NCBI GenBank assembly: GCA_051362555.1
Contig: CM120649.1
Coordinates: 18,118,567-18,182,566 of the forward strand
Source of the DNA: Lingula anatina
Taxonomy: Eukaryota > Animalia > Brachiopoda
DNA: 64,000 bases
Direction of reading: 5' to 3'
Part shown: positions 12,623-24,929 of the stretch, in pieces
Layout: each line of letters starts with the position of its first letter
Position numbering within the stretch: position 1 is the stretch's first letter
Translations under genes and position numbers: made by a program
The notes under the pieces: model-generated
The model's input: only the letters and a program-made list of their open reading frames with translations
Databases searched by the model: none
Told to the model about the DNA's origin: nothing

Positions 12623-12921
12623 ATAAATTCAGTAATAGTGACTGTAACAAGTCAGTTGTGAAAGTGTCAAAAAAAAAAATTGACTGTAATTTGAATAAGC
12701 TAAATCATAATTGTTTCATTTATGAACTCTGGACTTGAGATTCTGTTGACTTTTGTGTTAAAACAAAAAAAAAAAAACATTTACATGTGCCTATGAACTG
12801 TTAACATTGAAATGTCTTGGAGACAAAGACAACACGGACAGTGAACTGATTATGTTTATTAGCAACTTTAAAAAAAAAAAAAAAGAATTCCAGGATTTAT
12901 TTTTATTAAAAAAAAGGGAGA

Positions 12922-13069
12922 TGTTGCATATTATAATGTAATTAACATATCTCCCATAATGCATTGTTCTTTCTCTACCAGTTAGCCAGCATGGCTGGAT
13001 GTGTTATGTAATAAATGAGTTATTAAAAAATGTTAACTTGAGTTACATAACAACAGAAAAACTACGACA
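12922..13069 (+). repeat. 3' LTR
   Basis: Identical by eye to 8436-8583; followed by TSD ATTAC and an (ATT)n tract. Confidence 0.95.
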
Positions 13070-13074
13070 ATTAC

Positions 13075-13110
<36 letters not shown>

Positions 13111-14989
13111 GTGCAAGTATAAAGTAAATATAACATTAAATATTAAATATACTTTTCATCCGTAATAGGGTTGAATTGGCATTTATACAACAATTTTGAA
13201 AATTAGAAAAACTATCTAACCACAAGGATGAATAAGTTTATGATATTGTTCGATGCTATATACCATATTATTGCCAAAATACATATTTTTCAGCTCTATG
13301 ACAAATCAGTAATAAAAATTACTTTTTGCTAATTGCCTATTCTTCTAAACTTACCCAAAAACATCACAGTTACTCCGACAAAAAGGAGCCTTAGGATCAC
13401 CATGCTATAGTCACACACCTAGTTATCTCAGCAACTGCCGATGGCAGACAAATCAAGAAAATATTCCGTTGTTGTCCCGGATGGTGAACTAATTAGTGTG
13501 GAGTGAATGCAGTAAAGGGGTAAAGTTCAACTGATGCTTGAATATTCAAAAGCGCACCAATATAAATAACATTTATTAGTTGCCTAATTGATGCATATTG
13601 AAATATAACCGGGTCTTTTCTAAGTGTAAGCTGCATGAATTCGAACCTTATCAAAATTTCATCTTATTAAATTAGTGTAACCTATTTTCGTCCTTTTGAT
13701 GCCAAATGAGAATTATTGTTTATGTGTTTAATTAGTTTTGACAACACACATTTTCATCATTCATGCAGCTTATTCGACTCTCTCTCTCTCTCTTTCTCTC
13801 TCTCTCAGGCGAGAAATCACAATCAATAAATATGGGTGATGTTATTTATAAACATGGTTCCTTGGGTCGTAGTTTTTGGTCTCAGGCTCATCTGTGTGTT
13901 TTTTTATATCAATAAAGTGAATTCCATAAATGAGTGATATTTTAACCATGCGTCTTTTCACGTTTGCATAATACGTCTGAAAATTGTAAGAATGATTTTG
14001 TGTAGTGTCACACCTACAAGTAATTCGTTAAAAAACATCGGCTGATGGATTTGATAAATCAACACGGTATTTTCATAGGAAACTACGTTGTAGTGTTGTA
14101 TACCTTAATAAATACCTGTAGTATTTAAATGGAAGGTGGTTGTCTTTGGACTACCTTTATGTCGCTATGTTTGTAAACCATCCTCACATATTATGTTTCT
14201 TTTTTTACTAGTGTCCTTGTTGCCTTCAAAACTTTAATTACCTTGCACTCACACTGTGTTTTGCTGCATATTCACCAAAGAGCTACAACAAGATGTATAT
14301 GAGCTAGTTCTTTTCAACTGTTGCAGAAAAAAAGGCATTGAGGTAGCATTTACATCTGAAATCAAAAACATTTTTCAGTGCGAACGCTATACCGGTACAA
14401 GACATATGAGGGAACTGAATATAGATGACTGACGGGAGCGAACAGGAATTACAGATCGAAAATGGATTGTAAACAGTTAGATGTATACATTTAGAGAAGA
14501 GAAAAATGCCTTCACAGTGTTGTTTGAACTCCTAAAATGTTTTGTGATTTAAAATCATAATTGCCGAGAAATACTTGGGTAGCATATAGTTATGATTGGA
14601 TAATCCATAACAATATACTACATGCAATTTGCTGCAATTGTAGGATTGAAGATTAACACCTCTTTTACCACCCACTATATCATAAAAAACTTTATCTTAA
14701 CAGCGTCTCTATGTGGATTATTTCAGATACGTCTGACTTAAACAGTATTTTGTCTTTTTAATGGCATATTTGACATATATTGGTAGTCCTATGGGTTTTA
14801 GTTAAAAAACATGGCTAAGAAGATTCATGATAAAATATTTGAAATGGAATATATTACAAATGTAAGGTGGACTGCTATTGGTGAAAAATGAAATAGAATT
14901 TATACGCTTCTGTCGCCTTATTTAGGTGAAAAGATACTGATGGTTAAAAAATTTGTACCACAGAACAACAACAAAGTTCCTCCAGTTCC

Positions 14990-15079
14990 TCCATGGTGGA
15001 GTAACGGCAAAGAAGTGCCAATGTTCCCATCCCGTTACTCTGTCTAAAGTACAATGTATATGTATGAATATTGCATTAC

Positions 15080-15110
<31 letters not shown>

Positions 15111-15560
15111 TTTTATAATTTTTTGGCTTCATTAAACTTATTCTGACCCAGCACTTAATAACCTATCTTGCCCTTTGTAGAAACGGATTTCTGTTGAGTA
15201 CACACGTTTCATAAATAGATGTTCTATCAACAAATTTCAGACAGCTAGCTCGTTTTGGTTGGATTATTAATGTTATGCAATCTATACGATTTCCATCATG
15301 TGGGCCATTTTAGTGTTACTAGTCTATACAGTGCATTGGTAATTTGCGGTGTACTGATGCCATTATTCATTCTATTGTTACCAGTACTTCTATTATATGG
15401 GTATCAGAGGTTCTTTAAATTTGCTGGGGCATGGTGCTAATACGTCTCGAGATCTTAAGGACGTTATGGATGGATGGGGTCATTTCTATTTCTTTGTATA
15501 TTTTCAAGGGAATCTCAATCAATTCTGAAACGCAGGTTCCAAATTTCAATTTATTTAGGA
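14990..15560 (-). repeat. Inverted copy of the recurring intergenic spacer segment
   Basis: Reverse complement of 15141-15220 (CATCTATTTATGAAACGTGTGTACTCAACAGAAATCCG...) matches + strand segments at ~5751, ~16265, ~21601 and more diverged ones at ~27460, ~34275, ~51640. Confidence 0.8.
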
Positions 15561-18500
15561 ATTCCCAAGTTCAGGTATGTGTTGAACTTTAGATTTGCAC
15601 TTTAGATTTGTATTGTTGAGTATGAAAACGACATGTTGTTCGGAAACAAAAAAAAGAAGTTCCTTCTGTTCAACCCTGCGATCTGTTTTGATTTCGTCAT
15701 GCATGCACTCTTTTTTTTTTTCATTTATGTGTGGTGTCAATGCATGTTTTGGGTCAATGTGGACCCCTGTTCTCAGGCACTGTAATATTACATTTTATTT
15801 TATTGTTATCTATCTGATAAATTTTGGAAGGTACCTATTATTATTATTATTATTGAATTTCAAAGGTGAGCATATAATTCCTAGGCGAATTGGCACCTTC
15901 ATTTATACTGTATCAATATCTAACCCTCTTGAGAAAAAAGATGTTTAAAAAAAACCTACCCATGGTCCATTTTTATACGGTGTAGATAGAGATGCAGACT
16001 GCAATCTCGCCGCTTTAAACTGACTTTGAAAGCAGTATGTCCCAGACAGGTGAAAACAATAACATGATGAATACCCTAGATATATACAGCTGGGCCTCTA
16101 AGTCCAGGTAGAAGACTACACCCAGTGAGAAATAAAATAAATAATGGCATAAGTAAACCACAAATTATCAATGCACTTATTTCCCCCTTAATGGAAATCG
16201 TTTTCATTGTATAGCATTAATAAATCAACCAAAACGTGCTGGCTGTCCAAAATTTGTAGATAGCACATCTATATATGAAGTGTGTGTATACAACCGTTTG
16301 TACCAAGGGCAGAAGAAATTAATCAGTGCTGGGTCAGACAAAGGCTGGCGAAGCCAAAAACAATATAATAAAATAAATAAATAAATAAACAATGCAATGT
16401 CCAATTTTTGTTGCTCCTCCACCATGGTACTACTGAACCAGATGCTTGCAACAAATGTCAAAATGTTCTCAATCATGCATCTATAAATGTTAGTAAAGAA
16501 GGTTTTATTGTCTTATTTCTAAGTGATCTTAAAATCGTTGCTTTACTTACTCTCTCCTTTCCGAGTAAGTTCACTGCTTATATGGATTTCCATAACAAAA
16601 AAAAATCTCACTCTCTTAACGACAGCTTTCTTTTCAATAAGCAGTGTTTTTACATTTTCTTTCTGCCTGAATTAAATCAATTGTCATCCCTTTGGTTTTA
16701 TAACATTGAGCATGAGATAATTACTCTTGTCCCACACGAAAACAGTTTCAACAGACTTTTACATGTGCGCTATCATTTCTAACCAGACAAGGGGCGGTAT
16801 CACGTGCGAAGTTCATTGAAAATGTCTATTACGATAGTGTAAACGTAGGAAATATAGACAGATTTTAAGAACACTTCCTTCAGGTACACCCGCATTCAAA
16901 ACCACCGCATGTGCGTGTGCCAATTTTAACTGTCAGCTTACTTTCTCAAAGGAAAGTAAAGCACGGTCAGTTATAAATCATCTTAAAGCTGTAAGTATTA
17001 TTTGTGGCACCAAAATGTGAAAAGCAGAACTATAGTCTATGAATAAAAACCTAGCATACTTCTTTTCAGTGTGCCATCAAAGTAATCGCGTTCTCGCAAT
17101 TCCTGTTTCGATATAAATATCAGCTTCAATTAAATTGAATTTAAATTGAATTTAAATTCAAATGTATATTTAGTTAAAAGAAAAAAATAGAGAGTGCCCA
17201 TTTCTAAAACCACGAATACTCCTGGTGATAAAGCGAGTGAAAAAAATATTTTGTCATATAAATACACAGAGAATAACAAATAGGTAAAACTATGGTCAAT
17301 TTGTAAAATGTATTTTGAGAAATTGTTAATGACAAATTACCAATATACTGGGATATTCCATTTATTACTAAAGCAATATTGACAAAGTCATGTCGTGTGT
17401 AAAATTACAGACACAATATCACCTACAGGAGAGTTTTTTGTTGAATTTGAAAAATTTCGAGTGATGGGCTCTCTTTGTAGACCAGACCCATTGCAACACT
17501 TTAAAAAATATACTTGTTATAACAAGATCATTACTGATGGAAACACGATCGAGTGTCTGAATAAACAATCCATTACATCACAAAAACATGTTGGGCTTAA
17601 CAAAGAGAAACCATGACTTTTTAAAATATATCGCTAAAATTGATAATTATATTAAAATTGTGCATATTGCAATAACATATCAGTTCCGGAAGCATTAAAG
17701 AATTAGATGCATAAAACGTGAGAGATACATACAAGGATATTTTAGCCAGATGCATGATGATGCATGAAAACGAAAATATTCCTCGTTTCGTCAATCATTT
17801 AAGGGAAATCTGTATTTTTTTTTATTATTTTTCCTTCTCCATTTATAGAATTGATTCACATAAAAAATGCATCAGGGTGAATTTGCTAACTAGATCTCAT
17901 GCGGCAGCGTTTTTTTGGGGGTTGAAAAACTATAATATCGTTTTCCAAAAGTTCTCCATCATCTGAAAAGCTAGCAACGCAAATTGTAACGCCTGTCTCA
18001 TTAATCACAACGGGAAATTTTCCAATAAGGTGCCAGGAAATTATTTTGAAATGCAATTGTCTTATATCAACAAAGAGGTAATGCATTTGCTTGAGGCATC
18101 ATCGCAAGTAGCTCGTATCTCCTCCCTAAAATCAATGCAAGAACCAGACTGTGTTTTGCTTCCTAGCCATGCCAATTTTTATGATAATGCAATCCTAAGT
18201 TATGCAGTTACGTAGGAAAATGGCCCCTTTCTTGCACCAATTTACGAAGAAGCGGAAGAATTATTGATGGTCGTTTGACTTAATTATCCCTCTTGCAATC
18301 ATGTCTACTTCACACTAGTTTAAGTCAGTAATGTGAGCTAATAGCATTTGCATATTTCTAAAACAACGTGAATGATGTTGAGTTGTTTACAACACTTCCC
18401 CCGCATAGCATATCATCAGACCATATATATTCAATTTAAAAACAACAATATCATTTCACTGACTCGCAATGGTAGAAAAAAAAAGATATGTGTTACGAAG

Positions 18501-18565
18501 CTATGAATGCTTCGCTGGAATGTTTTTTTAAAGTGATATATCCAAATTAATTAGACTGTCTCGTC

Positions 18566-19795
18566 CTACAATGTACCCAAGCATTTGCCTTCATAATATT
18601 GGTATCCAGTGTGTGCCTCCAAGTCTCTGGATTGGGCAGTGTTGGGCAGTAGTTCACAGACACATTGGCGGTTTCCGGTACAGAGAACGTTAATGGCCAC
18701 ACACTTCCAGTGTTTCATACAGGAGAGGCTACATTCGATGTGGCTGCGGACATTTAGCTTGGATATGGTTACAAGTGATGCGCGAGCACCTGCTGCTACC
18801 CGCTGGAACGTGGTTGATCTTGCAATACCTACATAAAAAAATAAACCACTGGACTAACAAAACTTGAAACAAAGACACGCCAGTAGGTGATTAACCGATT
18901 ATTTCAACGTTGAATTAATCATAAAATGTGTAAGGTTTATAGATACATGTATTTGTAAACACACCCCTTAAAACTCATATTTATATGCAAATGGAATACT
19001 GTAAACTCACCATGAACCTCCACCTCACAAAGCTGCAAGTAGCTATCGTCACTACCAACTTTAATGATCAAGACATATCGTCCTCTCAGTGGCGACCCAC
19101 ACGACAGACACGTGTTCCCCACAGGTGCCACCCCCGGGTAACTGGCGCAGAGTTTGTACTGGGTGAATGATGAATTATCCACATAAGTGGTTCCGACCCT
19201 CACTTCGAAATTATTCAAACGTTCAGCTGAAAATAAAAAGTGGCTAATGGTTAAATTAAATGATACACATGTAACGGGAATTTAAACAGTAGATTATCTA
19301 TAAAAAAACGCACCTGGTAGATACGGGGATACATGTAGATTACTCCATCATTAGAGAAATGTACACCATATCTCGTCTTATTTCCACATGCATAACCTTA
19401 ATACAAAAGGTACGATAGCAATTACTTAGTGACTGACCACAACTTATATCAACGGCATATATATATATATATATTTAGATTACCCCTGTTTATGTAAAAA
19501 AGAACTTACAAGATCCTTCGCCACGGTTTGTTATGATAACAGCTGTCACCCTCTCTGTGGTTTCTAAGTCTACCAGCCACCATTGACCCCGCCCAAGATC
19601 AGTATGGCTACAACTCGCGAAATACATGACGTCGTTATAGTTACCATCCACAGCATTACTGGCAGGGTACTTACTATACAAGGTGGAACTTTGGTAGGCG
19701 GGTTTTCCTTTGGCCAAACTCTGCGTGCAGGCTCTGCATAGTGTCCCATCTGCCGAGGAAAGATACCAACAACATCAATAATAATAATAATAATA

Positions 19796-19827
<32 letters not shown>

Positions 19828-20122
19828 GTGCAAGTGTATACTAAATATAACAATAAATGTTTAATATACTTTTCATCCTTAATCGGATTGAAAGGGGATT
19901 TATACAACAATTTTGAAAATTAGAAACAACTTTCTTACCACATTGATGAAAAATTTTATGATATTTTTTTATGCTATATACCGTATTATTGACAAAGTAC
20001 ATATTTTTAAGCTCTATGACAAATCAAAAATAAAACACTACTTTTCTCCAAGTGCGTTTTCTGCTAAACCTACCCAAAAATATCACAGTTACTCCGACAA
20101 AAAGGAGCCTTGGGACCAACAT
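18566..20122 (-). CDS. Secreted F-type lectin + PAN/apple protein, copy 2 (exons 20122-20074, 19749-19510, 19226-19011, 18828-18566)
   Basis: GT-AG phase-1 introns; exon lengths 49/240/216/263; no stop seen. Motifs AVDGN, CSHT, NRGEGSSERL, RGRYV, LQLCEVEV; PAN-like ECSLSCMKHWKCVAINV...CELL...GYQYYE. Confidence 0.85.
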
Positions 20123-23015
20123 GCTCTAGTCGCACAACTCGATATCCCAGCAGCTGCCGATGGCAGACAAATCAAGAAAACATTCCGTTGTTGTCTCGGA
20201 TGGTGATCTGATAAGAGCGGAGTGATTGCAAAGAAAAAGAAGTTCAACTGATGCTTGAATGTTCAAGAGCGCGCTAATATAAATGACATTCATTAGTTAC
20301 CTAAATGATGGATAGTCAAATATAACTGGGTGTTTTCTAAGTGTATGCTGCATGAAATTGAACCTTATCAAATTTTCATCTCATCATTTAATTGTAACGT
20401 CTTTTCGTCTTCTCGATGCTGAATGTCAATTATAATGAAATTGTTTATGTATTTTTGACTCCACACATTTACATCAGGTGAGCTATCACGATGGGTGATG
20501 TTGTTTATAAACGTGGTTCCTCGAGTATTGATTTTCGTCTCAGGTTCATGTGTTGTTTTTTTTTAATATCAATAAAGTGAATCCCAAAAATGAGTGGTAT
20601 TTCAATCGTGCGACCTTTCTCATAGTCTTTCAGGTTTTCATGACACGTTTTCAAATTGTACTGATGGTTTGTCTAGAGTCATAAATCGTTAAAAAAATTA
20701 TATACATCAACACGTTATTTTCATAGGAGACTACATATGTACAGGTAGTATATACCTTACTAAATACCTGTAGTAATTAAATGGAAAGTGCATGGCTTTA
20801 GATTATCTTAATATCGCTATGTTTGTAACCCGTCTTTAAGTCTTAAAGTGTTGTGTTATAAGCAGCTTCTTCTTTTTTCTAGTTTCCTTGTTGCTTTTAA
20901 TACTTAGAATTTAAGTCTCTTCGCACTCATATTGTGTTTTGCTGCCTTATTTAACTGAGCAGAAACTGACGGTTATAGAATCTGTACCATGGAACATTTA
21001 ATTATGATATTTAATTTTGTCTAATGATAAAATATTGACACATAAGAAAATAATTATCATATGAAGGTGGTGAGAACGAGGCATCAATTATATACAGGTA
21101 AAAGCGTTCCAGGGTGTACTAGCTCTTCTACCCGGACCTAGAGACCCATAAATGAAAAAAAAAAGTGTGACGAAGGTTTGATCAGACCGCAGGTTTGATC
21201 AGAAGGAGTCACTTTCATTCACAGAAACACGTTGTATAAACCCAAAGTTTAACACATACCTCAATTTTGAATTTTTAATAAATTGAAATTTGAAACCTTC
21301 GGCTAAGAATAGTTTGAGATTCACTTGAAAAGGGACAGAGAAGAAATAGAAATGACCCATCCAACGATAATGTCCTAAAGATCTCGAGAGGTATTAGCAC
21401 CATGCCCCTGCCAATTTCAGGAACCTCTGCTACTCATATAAGTGAAGTACTTGTAACGAAAGAATAAACAATGGCGTCAGTAAACCGCACATTACCAATG
21501 CACTGTAACACTTAATTGCCAACTTAATGGAAATCGCATTGATTGTATAACATTAATAAACCATTCAAAAAGTGCTAGCTGCCTAAAATTTGTAGACAGC
21601 ACATCCATTTATGAAACGTGTGTACTCAACAGAAATCCGCAACAAGGGCAGGATAGGTTATTCAGTGCTGGATCAGACAAAGTTTAGCCTAGCCCAAAAA
21701 GATATAATAATATTAAGAAATTGATAAAGAAGCAATACCCATACAAATACATTAGACAGATTAGCTAGATAAGACTATTTGGCACTTTTTTCCGTTCCAC
21801 TGTACCACATACTATATAGATGGTACTACTGTACCAGATACAAGTACTAGTACCAAATGCCCATTTGCTCGTTAGTTAAGAAGATTTTGTTGTTTTACTT
21901 TGAAGTGATCTTGAAAGCGCTGCTTTATTAGCGCTCTCTTCGTTGCTGCCTTTCCGCGTAAGTTCACTGCTTTTATGGATCGATTCCCATGAACAAAATC
22001 TCTTAATTGCGACTTTCTTCTTAATAAGCAGTGTTTACACATTTTGTTTCTTTCTGAACTAAACCAAATATCATCTCCTTGGTTTTTATAACATTGAGAA
22101 TGAGATCATTACTCTTGCCCCACCCGAAAACAGATTCAACAGACTTTAATATGCGCGCTCGTCGTAGTTATCATTTCTAACCAGACAAGGGTGGTATCAT
22201 TTGCTAAGTTCAATAAAAATGTTTTGTCTACTACGCCAGTGAAACCGCATGAAAAACAAATATAGACAGGTTTTAAGAACACTTCCTTCAGGTGCACCCG
22301 CATTTAAAACCAGAGCGTGAGAAAAAAGGCCAACTTTAACATTTATTACTAAAGCAATATTGACAAAGTCATGTCATGTGTAAATTTGCAGACACAATAT
22401 CACCCATAGTAGAGTTTTTAAAGAAATTGACAAGCTTTTAATGAATTGCTCTCTAGTAGACCACACCCACTGCAAAATTAAAAAAATACTTGGTATGACG
22501 AGGTCATTATTGACAGAAGCACGAGCCTAAAAATAAACAATAGATTTCATCAGAAAAACATGCTGGGCTTAACAAAGGGAAACAATTGCGTTTTAAACTA
22601 TATCGCTATGGTACTAAAATGAATAATTACATAAAAATTGTGCATATCAGTTCCGAAAGCAGTCAAGTATATGGTGTATAAAACGTAAGAGATACATGGA
22701 GAGATATTTTAGTCAGAAGCATATGGATGCATGAAAACGAAAATAGTCTTCATTTTGTCAAATATTTAAGGGAGGTCACTTCTCTTCGATTGTTTTTTTT
22801 TTCTTCTTCGTTTGTGTAATAGATTCGCATAAAAATATATATATAAGGGTGAATTTGCTAACTAAAGCTCATGCAGCAGCGTTTTGGGGGGTGAAAATTA
22901 TAATATCGTTTACTAAAATATCTCCCTCATCTAAACAGCTAAGAAGCTGAAGGCCGTTTTAACGCCTGTTTAATTAATCACAACGAAAAGTTCTCCAGTG
23001 TACTAGAAACTCGTC

Positions 23016-24386
23016 CTACACTGCCCCCAAGCAATTGTCCTCATAATAGTCATATCCAATGTCTGCCTGCAAGTCACCGGACTGGGCAGTACTGGGCAAA
23101 AGTTCACAGACACAGTGGTCATTTCCAGCACAGAGAACGTTTATGGCCTCACACTTCCAGTTTTGCAAACAGGAGATGCTGCATTCGGTGCGGCTACCGA
23201 CATTCAGCGTGGCTATGGGCACGAGGGTTGCGCGCGCACCTGCTGCTACCTGACGAAACCTGGTTGAACTTTTAATACCTACAAAAAAATTAACTACGGG
23301 ACTTGAAAAAAAAATTAAGACGTGCTAGCACCTGACTGATCGGTTAGTTCAAAGTTGAATTAATCATCAAATCTGTAATAATTATAGATATTTTTATTCA
23401 TGCACTTCAAAACTAATAGTAATATATACATGTACGCAATGTGGGAATATCGTAGCTTAAGGCCCACCTGTAATAGCGATTTTGAGAAACTATAAACTTA
23501 CCATGAAATTCCACTTCACAAAGCTGCAATGGATCATCGTCACTACCAACTTTAATAATCAAGACATATCGTCCTCTCAGTGGTGACCCACAGGACAGAG
23601 ACGTGTTCCCCACAGGTGCCACCCCAGGGTAACTGGCGCAGAGTTTGTACTGGGTGAATGATGAATTATCCACGAAAGAGGTTCCAACTCTCACTTCGAA
23701 ATTATTCAGACGGTCAGCTGGAAAAATTATCAGAATATTCAATTTGATATATTTTGCAAAAAAAAAACGTACGTGGCACAGTCCATAAAGTATCACTCTG
23801 CAAGAAAATTATCACACATTGCTTTGTATATTTTGCACATGTATAATCTGAAATGGATCATAGCTAACTGAAAATAAAAGTAGCAAATGGTAAAATATGA
23901 GATTACACTTATATCATACTTTTCTTGGATGTACGGAGTAGGTAGACACGTGGATGAATAAATTGTCACAATTATTTGAAGAAATTAATACTTGTATATA
24001 GTTACACAATAACCTCTTCGTTGCAGATATATCATTTTATCAGATCGAACTTAACATTTCAATACTTACAGCAATAAAAACGACAGCGACATATCTTTAA
24101 TAAATTAGGACTAAATACAAAATATATAAAGAACCAAAAATCTTACAACAGCAGTCGCCACGGTTTGTTATAATTACACCAGCCACCCTCTCCGTGCTTA
24201 GTAAGTCTACCAGCCACCATTGACCCTGACCCCATTGTGTATGGATACAACTCCCATGTATGTGGACGTCGTCATAGTTACCATCGACAGCAAGGCCGGC
24301 AGGGTACTGATGTAGGTGAATAGAACTTTGGTAGGCGGGTTTTCCTTTCGCCAAATTCTTCGTGCAACCTCTGCATGGTGTCCCAA
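23016..24386 (-). pseudogene. F-type lectin + PAN/apple gene, copy 3 (exons 24386-24147, 23717-23502, 23278-23016); leader exon deleted
   Basis: Exons 2-4 are open with normal lengths (240/216/263). At ~24650 a ~110-bp stretch that holds the ATG, signal-peptide codons and donor in other copies (e.g. 31150-31262) is missing. Confidence 0.75.
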
Positions 24387-24414
24387 CTGCCGGGGAAATA
24401 TAACAACAACATCA

Positions 24415-24464
<50 letters not shown>

Positions 24465-24929
24465 GTGCAAGTATGAATTAAATACAACAATAAATATTAC
24501 ATATCCTTTTCATCCTAAGTAGGATTGAAAGGGCATTACAGAACAATTTTAAATTCAGAAAGAAATATCCATAACCGCACGGATGAAAAATGTTCAAAAT
24601 ACATTTTTTTCAGCTCTATTAAAAATCAATGAGAAAACACCACGTTTGCCTAACGATTGCAGACAAATCAAGAAAATATCCCGTTGTTGCCCTGGATGGT
24701 GAACTAATACGTGTGGGGTGAATGCAAAGAAGAAGCGATCAACTGATGCTTGAATGTTCAAAAGCGCGCTAATATAAATGACACTCATTAGTTACCTAGG
24801 TGTTTTCTAAGTGTATGCTGCATGAAAGCGAACCTTATCAAAATTTGATCTCATACTATTATTGTAACATCTTTTCGTCCTTTTGATGCTGTATATTAAT
24901 AATAATATATGTGTTTGATTTTTGGACTT

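Larger units (their letters stand above)
8436..13069 (+). mobile_element. Full-length Ty3/Gypsy LTR retrotransposon (Mag-like)
   Basis: 148-bp TG...CA LTRs (8436-8583, 12922-13069), 5-bp TSD ATTAC (8431-8435, 13070-13074), PBS TGGTGTCAGAA at 8584 (tRNA-Leu-like), polypurine tract AAAAAAAAGGGAGA before the 3' LTR, single gag-pol ORF. Confidence 0.97.
7151..13403 (-). pseudogene. F-type lectin + PAN/apple gene, copy 1 (exons 13403-13355, 8402-8154, 7858-7647, 7413-7151); disrupted
   Basis: Leader MVILRLLFVGVTVMFL; NLAKGKPAYQSS...AVDGN...CTHT...WWLVDL...NRGDCCSDRL. Exon 3 is 212 nt against 216 in intact copies, and the net 4-nt loss at ~7690 gives ATT AAA TGA. Gypsy element sits in intron 1. 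Confidence 0.85.
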
